A DNA stretch of 64,000 nucleotides from an uncultured Pseudomonadota bacterium (GCA_946613885.1 CAMOGA010000006.1:4309-68308); one strand, 5' to 3'; counted from the stretch's first letter, positions 21,049-31,437 are shown. Notes: a model not told the origin generated them from the sequence alone. Numbers and translations are program-made.

Positions 21049-21945
21049 TTATTTGTCCTTTGCGTTTAAATAGGCGATTGCATCCATTGCTGCGCTGCAC
21101 CCAGTTCCGACAGCTGTTGCAATTTGCATTTTAATATTACTGCGAACATCACCAGCAACAAACATCCCATCTGGTAAAGATTCAGGAATTATACGTCCCA
21201 AATCATCACGTTTAATGGTTTCTGATAAATAATCAGTATTTGCCTCATGTCCGATGGCAACGAATATACCATCACATTCAATTTCATCGCCAGATGTTGT
21301 TGTTGCAATTAATTTTTCACTGTTGTTTTTTTGTGCGATAGATTTTAATTCTGTGTTAAATAAACATTTGATATTTTCACGTTCATTAACACGTTTGCGC
21401 AATATGTCTTCAGCACGGAAAAATTCATTTTTACGATAAACGATGGTGACATTTTTTGCAACATCTGCCAGATATAGCGCATCGTTTAATGCGGCATTTC
21501 CACCACCAATAACCAACACATCGCGTCCTGAATAGAAAAATCCATCACATGTCGCACAATAAGAAACACCACGACCAAACAATTCACGTGCGCCATCAAT
21601 TTCTAATCTGCGTGCACGCGCACCAGTTGCCAAAACAACGGTTTTAGAATCGTATGTTTTTCCATTGTCGCATTTGATTGTATATGTGTCATTATTAAAT
21701 TCGATATTTGTTGCAGATGTATAAACAACTTCTGCACCAAAACCAGTTGCCTGTTTTAAAACACTTTGAATCCAATTCATCCCAGAACCGATATATCCCG
21801 GAAAGTTTTCTAAATTAGCAATTTCACCAGTTTGCCCCCCCAGTGTATCACCGGCAATTATCAAAGTTTTTTTATTTGCACGACCTGTATAAATCGCGGC
21901 GGTTAATCCCGCAGGCCCCGAACCTAAAATTATAACATCATACAT
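21049..21945 (-). CDS. trxB: Thioredoxin-disulfide reductase
   Basis: GSGPAG, CATCDG, GGGNAA, GD..; start trimmed to MYDVII with AAGGAA RBS. Confidence 0.93.
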   Translation of the reverse strand: MYDVIILGSGPAGLTAAIYTGRANKKTLIIAGDTLGGQTGEIANLENFPGYIGSGMNWIQSVLKQATGFGAEVVYTSATNIEFNNDTYTIKCDNGKTYDSKTVVLATGARARRLEIDGARELFGRGVSYCATCDGFFYSGRDVLVIGGGNAALNDALYLADVAKNVTIVYRKNEFFRAEDILRKRVNERENIKCLFNTELKSIAQKNNSEKLIATTTSGDEIECDGIFVAIGHEANTDYLSETIKRDDLGRIIPESLPDGMFVAGDVRSNIKMQIATAVGTGCSAAMDAIAYLNAKDK

Positions 21946-22040
21946 GTTTATTTTCCTTTTCTTTGTGTGGTAATGATAACACAAAAACTATATTGTGCAA
22001 ATGGAAAATATGGTTAGTTTTTTTAGGGGTATCTTGTATT

Positions 22041-22157
22041 GTCATTGCGAGAGCGCATCAGCGCTCGTGGCAATACAGGTTTGTTATGTGTCGGCAGAGC
22101 CGACAACTTTATTTACCTAGATTCCCACGCTGCGCTCGGAATGACCGGGTTCTGGAA
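22041..22157 (+). repeat. 117-bp palindromic direct repeat, left copy (family A)
   Basis: GTCATTGCGAG...CTCGGAATGAC termini with internal hairpins; 8 mismatches to 22531-22647. Confidence 0.95.
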
Positions 22158-22217
22158 TAATTTGCAAAAATAAAATATTGATTGAATAATAAACATCATA
22201 ATATTAATATCAAATAC

Positions 22218-22511
22218 ATGAAAAAATATTATGTATATATAATGGCATCTAATAAAAACGGAACATTGTACACAGGTATTACTAACGATATCAACAGACG
22301 TTCTTTTGAACATAAAATTCATTTGAACAAAAGCAGTTTTTCTGCGCGATATAATGTTAATAAACTGGTATATATGGAAGTTTTTGAAAATCCAGAATAT
22401 GCGATAATGCGCGAAAAACAAATAAAATCTTGGTCGCGTAATAAAAAGAAAGATTTAATCGAATCTATGAATCCGGATTGGGTTGATTTGTTTAATTATT
22501 TGAATTGTTAA
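22218..22511 (+). CDS. Small GIY-YIG nuclease (97 aa)
   Basis: YYVYIMAS...LYTGITNDINRR..EH, KLVYME, A..REKQIKSWSR.KK..LI...NPDW. Confidence 0.95.
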   Translation: MKKYYVYIMASNKNGTLYTGITNDINRRSFEHKIHLNKSSFSARYNVNKLVYMEVFENPEYAIMREKQIKSWSRNKKKDLIESMNPDWVDLFNYLNC

Positions 22512-22530
22512 ATACATTAAAAAGGGATGT

Positions 22531-22647
22531 GTCATTGCGAGAGCGCGGTAGCGCTCGTGGCAATCCAGGTTTGTTATGTGTCGGCAAAGCCGACAACTTT
22601 ATTTACCTAGATTCCCACGCTACGCTCGGAATGACTGGGGTCTGGAA
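22531..22647 (+). repeat. 117-bp palindromic direct repeat, right copy (family A)
   Basis: Direct copy of 22041-22157, offset 490 bp. Confidence 0.95.
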
Positions 22648-22665
22648 CACAGAGAAGGGGGGGAT

Positions 22666-22701
22666 AAAAAAACAGGTTGCGGGAAATGCAACCTGTTTTT
22701 T
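22666..22701. terminator. Bidirectional intrinsic terminator
   Basis: A-run-CAGGTTGC-7nt-GCAACCTG-T-run. Confidence 0.85.
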
Positions 22702-22720
22702 ATCTTATTAATCAATTTGT

Positions 22721-25700
22721 TTAATTGATTTCCAATGCTATTGGATCACCGTATGTACCGACTTCTTCTGTTCCGACATAGCATGTGATATGGTCGCCAA
22801 CTTCTTCCATCCATGCCTTGACGGCTTCATTAGCAGCATTTTCATACTTGATACGTTGTGCTGCCTTAATCGCAGCGAACGTGATTCCGCCACCCACAGC
22901 TGCCGAAACCGCACCAACCGCCACATTCAATCCTGCCTTGCTGTGACCGGCTTCATCTTCAACATTTTTACATGCAGTTTCCAGTTTATTCATATCTGTC
23001 AAGAATGTTTTATATGCATCGCTGTCCTGGAACCTTTTTCCACCAGTTTGTTGTCCATAGGTTTGATCAGCAACAGCTTCAACAGCATCCCTATGATATT
23101 TTGTGACTATTCTCAATTGTGTAGGTATTTCTATAGGTTTGCAGCTGTTACCACACTCTTTTTTTGCATCATTCAATTTTGCCAATATAGCAGTTGCATT
23201 GTCAGCAGATACAGTTTTTTCAAGCGTTCTAAGTTCGTCAAGGATTCTTTGACAGTTTGGGCCACATTGCGTGGAATCGGCGCTACGAATATTCCCCTCT
23301 GTTGTTCTGACTTTGTTAATATCTTCAGAATCCCAATCGTAAATATCAATAGCTGCTTCGGCTTCACGCCCCTTGATTGTGATAACTTCGTTGATTGCAT
23401 CTTCATATGTTCCCATTGACAGGTTTGTTCCGCTGATATCTGCACCGGCACTGCGGGCATATGTGCGCGCCTTAACCGCATGATTTAATGCTGTTTGGAA
23501 TTGTGTTGCCGCATTGACATTATTGCGCTCATTGGCAATGCCATAATATGCTTTGCGTGCTTTATCAATTTCGGTCAAGCAACTTTCTGCGGCTTTGTTA
23601 TGTTTTTCTGCGGTTTTTTTGCTGGTACCACTTAAAATACCACCCAATGAACCGTTGTTCTTTTGAACCGCATCCGCCAGGGCATATCCACCAATGCCAG
23701 ATGCCAATGCCGCGGCAGCGCTGGTTCCCCATAATGCCCAATGGGATTTCTCGCTGCCTTCACCGGCTTCTTTACGTGCCTGTTCAGCAACTTTTTCTGT
23801 TATCTTGTCTAATGTTTTTTGATCAATCCATGAACCGCATGTGAACGTATCGCCAACCGCAAAGTATGCTGTGGCTGCAGACCCTAGGTTATCCTGAATC
23901 GCCTTGTCATCAGATTGGATTGTCACACGCACACGACAGAATGAACCATACAAATCATTTGATGCGGTGAATTGGTTTTCTTTTAATCCCTGCATAGCAT
24001 AATTCTTTGGTATTTTATTCCCATGCAGTTTTACCCACATAAATGTTGAACCATTTTGATTGCTTGCCCCCATAATACCACCAGTATTGTTGGATAAACA
24101 TACATTTTGTTCCTTGGTCAATTTTGCGTTATACATTGCCTGTGCTTCTTTTTCAACATCGCGCAATAATGTTTGGAACAATGTTTTCGCACCATTTTCC
24201 AATGCATATTCAGTGTAATTTTGTCTCACTTCTTTACTGTACACACAACCATCTTCGTCCATGATTCCGACACAGTCGCCGTTGGTTGGGGCTTCTTCAC
24301 GACCGATACAAATATCATCAGCATTATCCGGTGTTGTGCATGCGATAAGCACACCATCGGAGTTTGTTATCTCTGTAGCTGTGGTTGTGTTGGCGTCGTT
24401 CCATGCATCACGAACAGTTCTATTGGGCTTGACCCCCCAACTGGAAGTATCTTGTTCTTCGCGCCATGCAGCGGTTGCAACCTTTAAATGTTCTTCGCAT
24501 ACGGATGAAGATTTAACATTGTTCATACATAAACCGATAACAATATTGTAATCCAATACACCGCCCATTTTGTTCATGCTGCTATCCAATTTTGTTCCTG
24601 TATTATATGTTCCAGAAACGATATCTGTACGATTACGATAACAATTTACATAATCTTTACCACACATAGATTTCACGCAAGACAATGCAACCGTTTGACA
24701 TTGTTTTTTCATATTTTCAATTGCTGCATCATTATAAGATGTTGCCAACAATGCGTTTAATTTACCAACCGCACCAATTGGGTCTTTTTGTGCAGCTCTG
24801 CCCATTGCATCATATTGTGGGAACAATCTGTTAAATGTTGTATTTGTTTCATCAAAATATGTGTATGAATACCCATCTGTATCAGATGCTGTTGCTGCAT
24901 ATATACAATTCGCATCAGCGTTCACAATCGCCGCACATCCAGATTGTATATCTTCGTACGGCTCTTTATTGATGTTAACAGAATCAATTGTTGGTCTTGC
25001 ACTAAGTTGTCCTGATTTGATACCGCGCGCCAAACTATAACACACAGAACCCAAACCGCCACCACAAGAACGCATTGCGCATGATTTAATTGTTTCATAA
25101 CATGCATCTTTGGCCTTGGTATCGAATTTCTTTACCAATTCTTGAACGCGCGTGTTAACGGAATCTTTGCGTGCAGCATAAGCCAACGCAAATACATCTT
25201 CTTGTAAATCAATATCAACCAAATCCTTTTTGGATGGTGTTTTTTCACGATATGTTATATGACAATACTGATTTCCGCCGATTGTTTCCAAACACTGCGA
25301 TTTTAATAATTTTTGAACTGTTGTTTTCGTTGTCACTTCGGTTGAATATGTTGGATCGTCTGGATTGTTTTGAACGGTACGGTTACTGACAGTTGTTCCA
25401 GATTCAATAATATCAACCTGGTCAATTGCGGCCAATGATATGCCTTCGACACAACGCAATGGATTTTTTGTGCATGCGTTGATTAAACAATTGTCGGTCA
25501 CTTTCTGACACGTTTTCACAGCGTTCATTGCCGCCAATTGTTGTCCGTTTTCAAACATTGTAAACAATCTGGATTTTTTATCAGATAGTTCCAAAGAATC
25601 AGCATTTGCAACCGAACCGAATAATGCGATTTTGCCAGCACTTTGACAACGTGCCAGTGTGGATGCACACAAAATGGCCTGTTTCTTAAATTCTTTTTCT

Positions 25701-26278
25701 GTCGTACACAATTCAAAATCAGCACCGCATATATCTTCACGGTTTAGACAACGTGTATAATTGCGCACACATTGTTCAGTGCTGAATTGATTTGAAATCC
25801 CTGCGCCAACAATCAATTGATCCAACACAGAACCAGATTTTGGATATGTGTAACGTGTAACCTCGCCATTACTGTTTTGTGATGACACATCGGACAGTGC
25901 ATTAATCGCAGATGTTCCAAACAGTGCATTAACACCGCTGGGTTGGCATTGATATAAAACACTTAAACATTTGGGCATTTGCGCATGGAATAAAACATTT
26001 GTTGTGCATTCTTCAAAATCAGCACCGCACGCATCAGACGACTTGATACAATCAGTATATTTTTCAATACATTCTGAATTATCCAGATATGACGCAGTTG
26101 AAGAACCGGTTGTAGTAGTGGTTGTTCCAGCAACATTACCGGCAACAATATGTCCCGCAATTGACGGTAAACGTGATGCGGCCTGATTACGAACACTTGC
26201 CCGTGAAGTTGCCGCAAATGCGCCAGTTGACATAACAACAGCCATTAATAAACCAAATGTTTTGATGATGTGTTTCAT
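22721..26278 (-). CDS. Large Cys-rich secreted/membrane-anchored hypothetical protein (~1185 aa)
   Basis: Signal peptide MKHIIKTFGLLMAVVMSTGAFA after a GGAG RBS; repeated Cys motifs; two Gly/Ala-rich hydrophobic segments near the C-terminus. Confidence 0.85.
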   Translation of the reverse strand: MKHIIKTFGLLMAVVMSTGAFAATSRASVRNQAASRLPSIAGHIVAGNVAGTTTTTTGSSTASYLDNSECIEKYTDCIKSSDACGADFEECTTNVLFHAQMPKCLSVLYQCQPSGVNALFGTSAINALSDVSSQNSNGEVTRYTYPKSGSVLDQLIVGAGISNQFSTEQCVRNYTRCLNREDICGADFELCTTEKEFKKQAILCASTLARCQSAGKIALFGSVANADSLELSDKKSRLFTMFENGQQLAAMNAVKTCQKVTDNCLINACTKNPLRCVEGISLAAIDQVDIIESGTTVSNRTVQNNPDDPTYSTEVTTKTTVQKLLKSQCLETIGGNQYCHITYREKTPSKKDLVDIDLQEDVFALAYAARKDSVNTRVQELVKKFDTKAKDACYETIKSCAMRSCGGGLGSVCYSLARGIKSGQLSARPTIDSVNINKEPYEDIQSGCAAIVNADANCIYAATASDTDGYSYTYFDETNTTFNRLFPQYDAMGRAAQKDPIGAVGKLNALLATSYNDAAIENMKKQCQTVALSCVKSMCGKDYVNCYRNRTDIVSGTYNTGTKLDSSMNKMGGVLDYNIVIGLCMNNVKSSSVCEEHLKVATAAWREEQDTSSWGVKPNRTVRDAWNDANTTTATEITNSDGVLIACTTPDNADDICIGREEAPTNGDCVGIMDEDGCVYSKEVRQNYTEYALENGAKTLFQTLLRDVEKEAQAMYNAKLTKEQNVCLSNNTGGIMGASNQNGSTFMWVKLHGNKIPKNYAMQGLKENQFTASNDLYGSFCRVRVTIQSDDKAIQDNLGSAATAYFAVGDTFTCGSWIDQKTLDKITEKVAEQARKEAGEGSEKSHWALWGTSAAAALASGIGGYALADAVQKNNGSLGGILSGTSKKTAEKHNKAAESCLTEIDKARKAYYGIANERNNVNAATQFQTALNHAVKARTYARSAGADISGTNLSMGTYEDAINEVITIKGREAEAAIDIYDWDSEDINKVRTTEGNIRSADSTQCGPNCQRILDELRTLEKTVSADNATAILAKLNDAKKECGNSCKPIEIPTQLRIVTKYHRDAVEAVADQTYGQQTGGKRFQDSDAYKTFLTDMNKLETACKNVEDEAGHSKAGLNVAVGAVSAAVGGGITFAAIKAAQRIKYENAANEAVKAWMEEVGDHITCYVGTEEVGTYGDPIALEIN

Positions 26279-26359
26279 CTCCTTACTCCATTTTTGCTTT
26301 CCCTTTATTTTAACACATATGTAAAAATAAAAAAAGCAAAAAATGAAATATAAAGACAA

Positions 26360-27043
26360 TTATTTTGAATTAATTTTTTTTAATACAGATTTTACTATAT
26401 CTGCGCACAACATACCGATAAATGCGCCCAATATCACATCGCCGGCCCAATGTGCACCAACATAAACACGTGATATACCAATTATAATTGCCAATGTCCA
26501 CGTTGCCCATTTTATACGTGGTGTTAACATACCCAACATTACCAGTGCTGCAAAACTGACCGCTGTATGACCAGATGGCATTGAATTAAATACTGTTTCA
26601 AATGTTCCAGGAACGAAAAATGTTGCATTTAATGCCTCGTAAATAACAGGACGCGAACGACCAATCAAAAACTTTAATATTCCGGTTGTCATTATTGCCA
26701 ACATAACAGAACACAAAACATAAAATGCATTACTGTTTTTGATTTTAATAAACGCAAATCTAAAATCGTTTTCATTTGTAATGGCTTTGTAAATAAAAAA
26801 TACCAACACAGATAAAATTGATATAATCAGCCATATTTTCGCACTGAAAATTTTGCCCATTAAAACGGCAATACCGCACATCCAGCCACCACCAAATGTC
26901 CACGGATTGCATTTTGGATTATGAATCAAAGAATACAATATTTTATCGCCACCAAAAACACACGCCAAAACCAAAGCAATTGTAATTATTGCGCCAATTA
27001 AAATCCATTTTAATTTCAAAGTATTATCTTTGCGTATAAACAT
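26360..27043 (-). CDS. PAP2 family membrane phosphatase
   Basis: K...GRSRP, PSGHT, SRVYVGAHWAGDV motifs plus TM segments. Confidence 0.92.
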   Translation of the reverse strand: MFIRKDNTLKLKWILIGAIITIALVLACVFGGDKILYSLIHNPKCNPWTFGGGWMCGIAVLMGKIFSAKIWLIISILSVLVFFIYKAITNENDFRFAFIKIKNSNAFYVLCSVMLAIMTTGILKFLIGRSRPVIYEALNATFFVPGTFETVFNSMPSGHTAVSFAALVMLGMLTPRIKWATWTLAIIIGISRVYVGAHWAGDVILGAFIGMLCADIVKSVLKKINSK

Positions 27044-27044
27044 A

Positions 27045-28556
27045 TTATATCCCCATCAGTTTGTTATAAATTGTTTTTTCGGTTAATATCTTTGTTCCCA
27101 ATCCTAATGCCATTGCATCTTCGTCGTTGCCATCTGTGATGTTTGGACATGCACGGCGCAGGGCATTAACATCAACATCTGTTTTTGCATTATAATCGTG
27201 CGATTCAAATTCATCATTGATTACATTTAATAAAAATACATCCCTTTGCCCATCGTTTCGAATATTGGACAAACATACCAAAGGAAACACACCACGTCCA
27301 TCCAATTTATTACCTTGACCTGTTTTCACAGATTTATTAAACAATTCCAATACACCACCATTTTTTAAATCCAGCATCGTGGCAATTCTGGCACGACCAG
27401 ATGTTGGTGTGCCAATTAACACACCACGTTTGTTTTCATAAAATGTGGCTGCTAATGCCTCTGCAGTACCATTGGTGGTATCAGATATAAAAACAACCAC
27501 AGGTAAATTTGTTATTGCATCGCCACCTGGAACAATTTCGGTTTCATCTACCGCTGTCTCAGAAATGCGCATAACAGGTTTTTGACCAACAAATAATCCT
27601 GCTAATTTTGCCATGGCGCGTTCATCATCGCCACCACTGGTTCTTAAATCTAATATAATACCATCAACATCTGAATGTTTATTTAATGCCTCGTTCACAA
27701 TATCTACTGCGCCATCTGATATTTTATGAATAATAATTTCTAATATGCCGTTGGTGTTTTCATTTTTGCCACGATATATAATATCTGCATCTGCCAACAC
27801 AACGGTTGCACGACGCAACGTCACATTACGATTTCCAAATGGGGTTAATAATTTCAATTTTGCCGTTCCAGAATTATATCCAGATAAAATTCCTGTAATA
27901 TCTTTGTCAGATATATTTGCCACACGTTGACCATTTATTTCTGATATAATATCGCCCTGATGCATGTCTGCAATATCAGATGGTGAATCTTTGAATATTC
28001 CGGTCACACGTAAATTACCACGTTCATCACGACCGGCCTCGAATCCTAAACTGGTTAAAATTCGCGTATCGTTATCATTTATAGAATCACGTGAATAAAC
28101 ATAATTTCCATTTTGATCAATTCCAGATAGTAATGCATTTACGACAATATTATATAATTGTGCACCATTTAATGCACGTAAATGCGCATCGCGTTCACGC
28201 ATCTTTAATAACAAAGCAGTCGTAATTTCGCCATAACTGTGCCAATCTTTTGCGTCTGGATATGGGAAATTAGCAATTAATTCATCGCCCCATACCAATA
28301 CTGCGCGATTACCAGTCGCCGCAATATGTGCATCTGGGTTTAATTTTTCTAAACTTTCAATCGCAACATCAATGTTTTTACCCGCCCAATTAACAGAATC
28401 TAATTTTTCGTAAATATCTGCAAAAACATCAGATGTTGCATGTACATCTAAACCCGTTTGAATTTGTGGGGAATCACGAAATAAATCAGTTGCAGAACAA
28501 AATAATGGCAACATCCCCAGACCAAATGTAAACAAAATCTGTACAGGTTTTATCAT
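27045..28556 (-). CDS. S41/CtpA-like PDZ protein with substituted catalytic residues
   Basis: Signal peptide, PDZ (VTGIFKDSPS....GDIISEING), ILDLR, GV.IG.PTSG, GV.P; dyad positions read G and R. Confidence 0.75.
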   Translation of the reverse strand: MIKPVQILFTFGLGMLPLFCSATDLFRDSPQIQTGLDVHATSDVFADIYEKLDSVNWAGKNIDVAIESLEKLNPDAHIAATGNRAVLVWGDELIANFPYPDAKDWHSYGEITTALLLKMRERDAHLRALNGAQLYNIVVNALLSGIDQNGNYVYSRDSINDNDTRILTSLGFEAGRDERGNLRVTGIFKDSPSDIADMHQGDIISEINGQRVANISDKDITGILSGYNSGTAKLKLLTPFGNRNVTLRRATVVLADADIIYRGKNENTNGILEIIIHKISDGAVDIVNEALNKHSDVDGIILDLRTSGGDDERAMAKLAGLFVGQKPVMRISETAVDETEIVPGGDAITNLPVVVFISDTTNGTAEALAATFYENKRGVLIGTPTSGRARIATMLDLKNGGVLELFNKSVKTGQGNKLDGRGVFPLVCLSNIRNDGQRDVFLLNVINDEFESHDYNAKTDVDVNALRRACPNITDGNDEDAMALGLGTKILTEKTIYNKLMGI

Positions 28557-28585
28557 TTTATCTCTCCTTTGACCTGGGGTGTTTT

Positions 28586-29449
28586 TTAATAATCTGTTTC
28601 ACGCAAATTGAAATGGTACAATATCACGTTTGAAATGTAGATACTGGTTAATGTGCCGCTGACAACAGAGAATGTCATTGCAATTGCAAATTCGCGTAAC
28701 ATTTGACCGCCAAACAGATAAATACCAACCATTGCCAAAATTGTAGAAACACTGGTCATGATTGTTCGATATAACATTTCGTTAATGGACAAATCAATAA
28801 CATCACTGGCTGGCATTTTATGATATTTTTTTATGTTTTCATCAATTCTGTCGTAGTTTACAACTTTATCATTAACAGAATATCCCAATCCCATTAATAT
28901 AACAGCAATTGCCGTTTGGTTGAATTCCAATCCCATAATAGAAAAAAATCCAAACATTAAAATCATATCAAATATCAAAGACACAAATGAACCAACTGCA
29001 TATCCACCGCGATAGCGAACCCAAATATATACAGACATCATAACAAACGATACTAACAATGCCCATATACCACCACGGATTAATTCACCACCAATTTTTG
29101 GACCAACAACCTGAACCTGAGAATAGGTGACATTATCGCCCAGAATATTTTTTATTTCTGTTACGCGTGCATTTTGTTGTTCATCGGTTGAACCCTTGGG
29201 CAATCCAACACGTAATAAAATGGCGTTTCCATCAACAGATTGTAATTCTGGTTTAAATTCAGATAAATCATGACGCATTTTATCAATGGTATATTCTGGA
29301 TTGGCGGGTTGCACCTCCATCGAGATACCGCCAGAAAAGTCAATACCATAATTAAAACCTTTGAAACAGATTGATAATATGGACAACACAATACAGATTG
29401 CAGAAATCCAATATGATAATTTACGATATTTCATAAAATGCAGTTTCAT
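28586..29449 (-). CDS. secF: Protein translocase subunit SecF
   Basis: GIDFSGG, VGPKIG, GYSVND.VV.YDRI.EN, RTIMTS. Confidence 0.95.
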   Translation of the reverse strand: MKLHFMKYRKLSYWISAICIVLSILSICFKGFNYGIDFSGGISMEVQPANPEYTIDKMRHDLSEFKPELQSVDGNAILLRVGLPKGSTDEQQNARVTEIKNILGDNVTYSQVQVVGPKIGGELIRGGIWALLVSFVMMSVYIWVRYRGGYAVGSFVSLIFDMILMFGFFSIMGLEFNQTAIAVILMGLGYSVNDKVVNYDRIDENIKKYHKMPASDVIDLSINEMLYRTIMTSVSTILAMVGIYLFGGQMLREFAIAMTFSVVSGTLTSIYISNVILYHFNLRETDY

Positions 29450-29477
29450 AACATAACTCCTTGATGCACTTTGTTTT

Positions 29478-31037
29478 TTATTTCATTTTTATATAACCAA
29501 TTTTTTTGCTTTTGCCATGCATGTAATAATCGACAAAAACACGTGTTAACAACAAACATGTAAATAAAGTTGTTGCCACACCAATTGATAATGTGACCGC
29601 AAATCCACGAATTGGACCCGCACCGAATTGGAACAAAATCAACGCACAAATCAAATTAGTTAATTCGCCATCCATAACGGTCTTGGTAGAACGGGTAAAT
29701 CCATAATCAATTGCACGTAATGTTGGTATTCCGGCACGGACTTCATCACGAATTCTTTCAAACGGTAATATGTTTGCGTCCACCGCCATACCCAATGTTA
29801 ACACAATACCTGCAATACCAGGCAATGTTAATGTCGCACCCAACAGTGCAGATACACCGATTATCATGAATAAATTCACAACCAAAACGATATCTGCAAA
29901 CACACCGAATATACCATATAATAATGCCATAAATATTAATATGAATAACACACCAACCACAGCACCAATTTTACCGGTTGCAATTGTATCTGCACCCAAT
30001 CCGGCGCCGACAGTGCGTTCTTCGATGACCTCCAACGGGGCAGGTAATGCGCCACTGCGTAATAACACAGCCAAATCTTTTGCGCCCTGTAATGTAAATC
30101 CGCCGGATATTTGACCACGTCCACCGGGTATTGGTTCACGAATTGTTGGGGCAGACAAAACCTGGTCATCCAAAACAATCGCAAAACGTTCATTAACATG
30201 TTCAGTGGTTAATTTTGCAAAACGACGTGTCCCAGATGCATCAAATTCAGTTGTCACAACAGGCATATTGTTTTGATCAAAATCTGCCTGGGAATTTTTC
30301 AAACTGTCACCTGATACTTCAACACGGGAATAGACCGCAACTTTTTGACCTGGTGCATCCATATAATCCAAAAACACCGTACCAGATGGTGCGTGTCCAG
30401 ATTGTAATTGTTCACTTGTGATGTTTTCATTGACCAAATGGAAAGACATTTTTGCTGTTTTTCCAATCAATTCTTTTATACGTTCTGGATTATCAACACC
30501 TGGTAATTGAACCAAGATATATTTTCCGCCCTGTGATTGAATAGATGGTTCTTTTGTCCCCAGCGCATCAATACGACGACGAACAATTTCGATACTGCGT
30601 GACATTGCATCACTAATCATTTCTTCGCGCGCCTTGGATGTATAAGAGACAGTTAGATTTTGACCAGACGATGAAATATCTGCGCTGGTTCCCAAAACAC
30701 TTCTTAAACGACCTTTGGCTTTGGATACTTCGTCACTGTCACGAACAACCAGCGTAACAGAATTTCCAGTATTACGTAATTCAGAAAAACGTATGACACC
30801 TTTGCTTCTGTCTATCATGGCACTACGCACCTCGTCATATAATTGGGCGTATTTTTCCTTTAACATGACATCAGTATCGACCTCTAATAATAATTGTGCG
30901 CCACCTTTTAAATCCAACCCCAATGGAATTGGTTTTATCCAAGATGGAAAATAATTTGCCATTTTTGGCGATATTGTAGGCACCGCCAACAACACACCGA
31001 ACAATGATATAAAAATAATTGCTAATTTTCTAAACAT
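29478..31037 (-). CDS. secD: Protein translocase subunit SecD
   Basis: LGLDLKGG, RRRIDALG..EP, FAIVLD, LRSGALP, LTLPGIAG, GMAVDAN. Confidence 0.97.
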   Translation of the reverse strand: MFRKLAIIFISLFGVLLAVPTISPKMANYFPSWIKPIPLGLDLKGGAQLLLEVDTDVMLKEKYAQLYDEVRSAMIDRSKGVIRFSELRNTGNSVTLVVRDSDEVSKAKGRLRSVLGTSADISSSGQNLTVSYTSKAREEMISDAMSRSIEIVRRRIDALGTKEPSIQSQGGKYILVQLPGVDNPERIKELIGKTAKMSFHLVNENITSEQLQSGHAPSGTVFLDYMDAPGQKVAVYSRVEVSGDSLKNSQADFDQNNMPVVTTEFDASGTRRFAKLTTEHVNERFAIVLDDQVLSAPTIREPIPGGRGQISGGFTLQGAKDLAVLLRSGALPAPLEVIEERTVGAGLGADTIATGKIGAVVGVLFILIFMALLYGIFGVFADIVLVVNLFMIIGVSALLGATLTLPGIAGIVLTLGMAVDANILPFERIRDEVRAGIPTLRAIDYGFTRSTKTVMDGELTNLICALILFQFGAGPIRGFAVTLSIGVATTLFTCLLLTRVFVDYYMHGKSKKIGYIKMK

Positions 31038-31056
31038 AACTTTACCCCTGTGAAAA

Positions 31057-31371
31057 TTATTCTATATTTGCGATGGCGTTTTTGTTAACTTCGATAACAA
31101 CGCCTTTGGCAATTTCCATTTCAATTGTTTTTTCATTTACTTTCTTGACAGTTCCATAAATTCCAGCCGCCAAAACACGATTGCCAACCTTTACAGAATC
31201 CAGCATCTTTTGATATTCTGCCAAACGTTTTTTATTTGGGCGTATCATAAACAGATATAAAATTGCGATAATAATAACACAATATAAAATCATACCCCAC
31301 ATACCAGTTTGTTGTGACATTTGAGGAACGTTTTGACTCACTTGGTTTACAACTTCTGTTGTTTCATTCAT
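31057..31371 (-). CDS. yajC: Preprotein translocase subunit YajC
   Basis: TM helix then MIRPNKKR, KVG.RVLAAGIYGTV; upstream of secD. Confidence 0.93.
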   Translation of the reverse strand: MNETTEVVNQVSQNVPQMSQQTGMWGMILYCVIIIAILYLFMIRPNKKRLAEYQKMLDSVKVGNRVLAAGIYGTVKKVNEKTIEMEIAKGVVIEVNKNAIANIE

Positions 31372-31437
31372 GAATAATCTCCTTTATTTATAAGACAACA
31401 CTAGTAAAAAAACAAAAATAAGTAAAGAAAAAACTAT

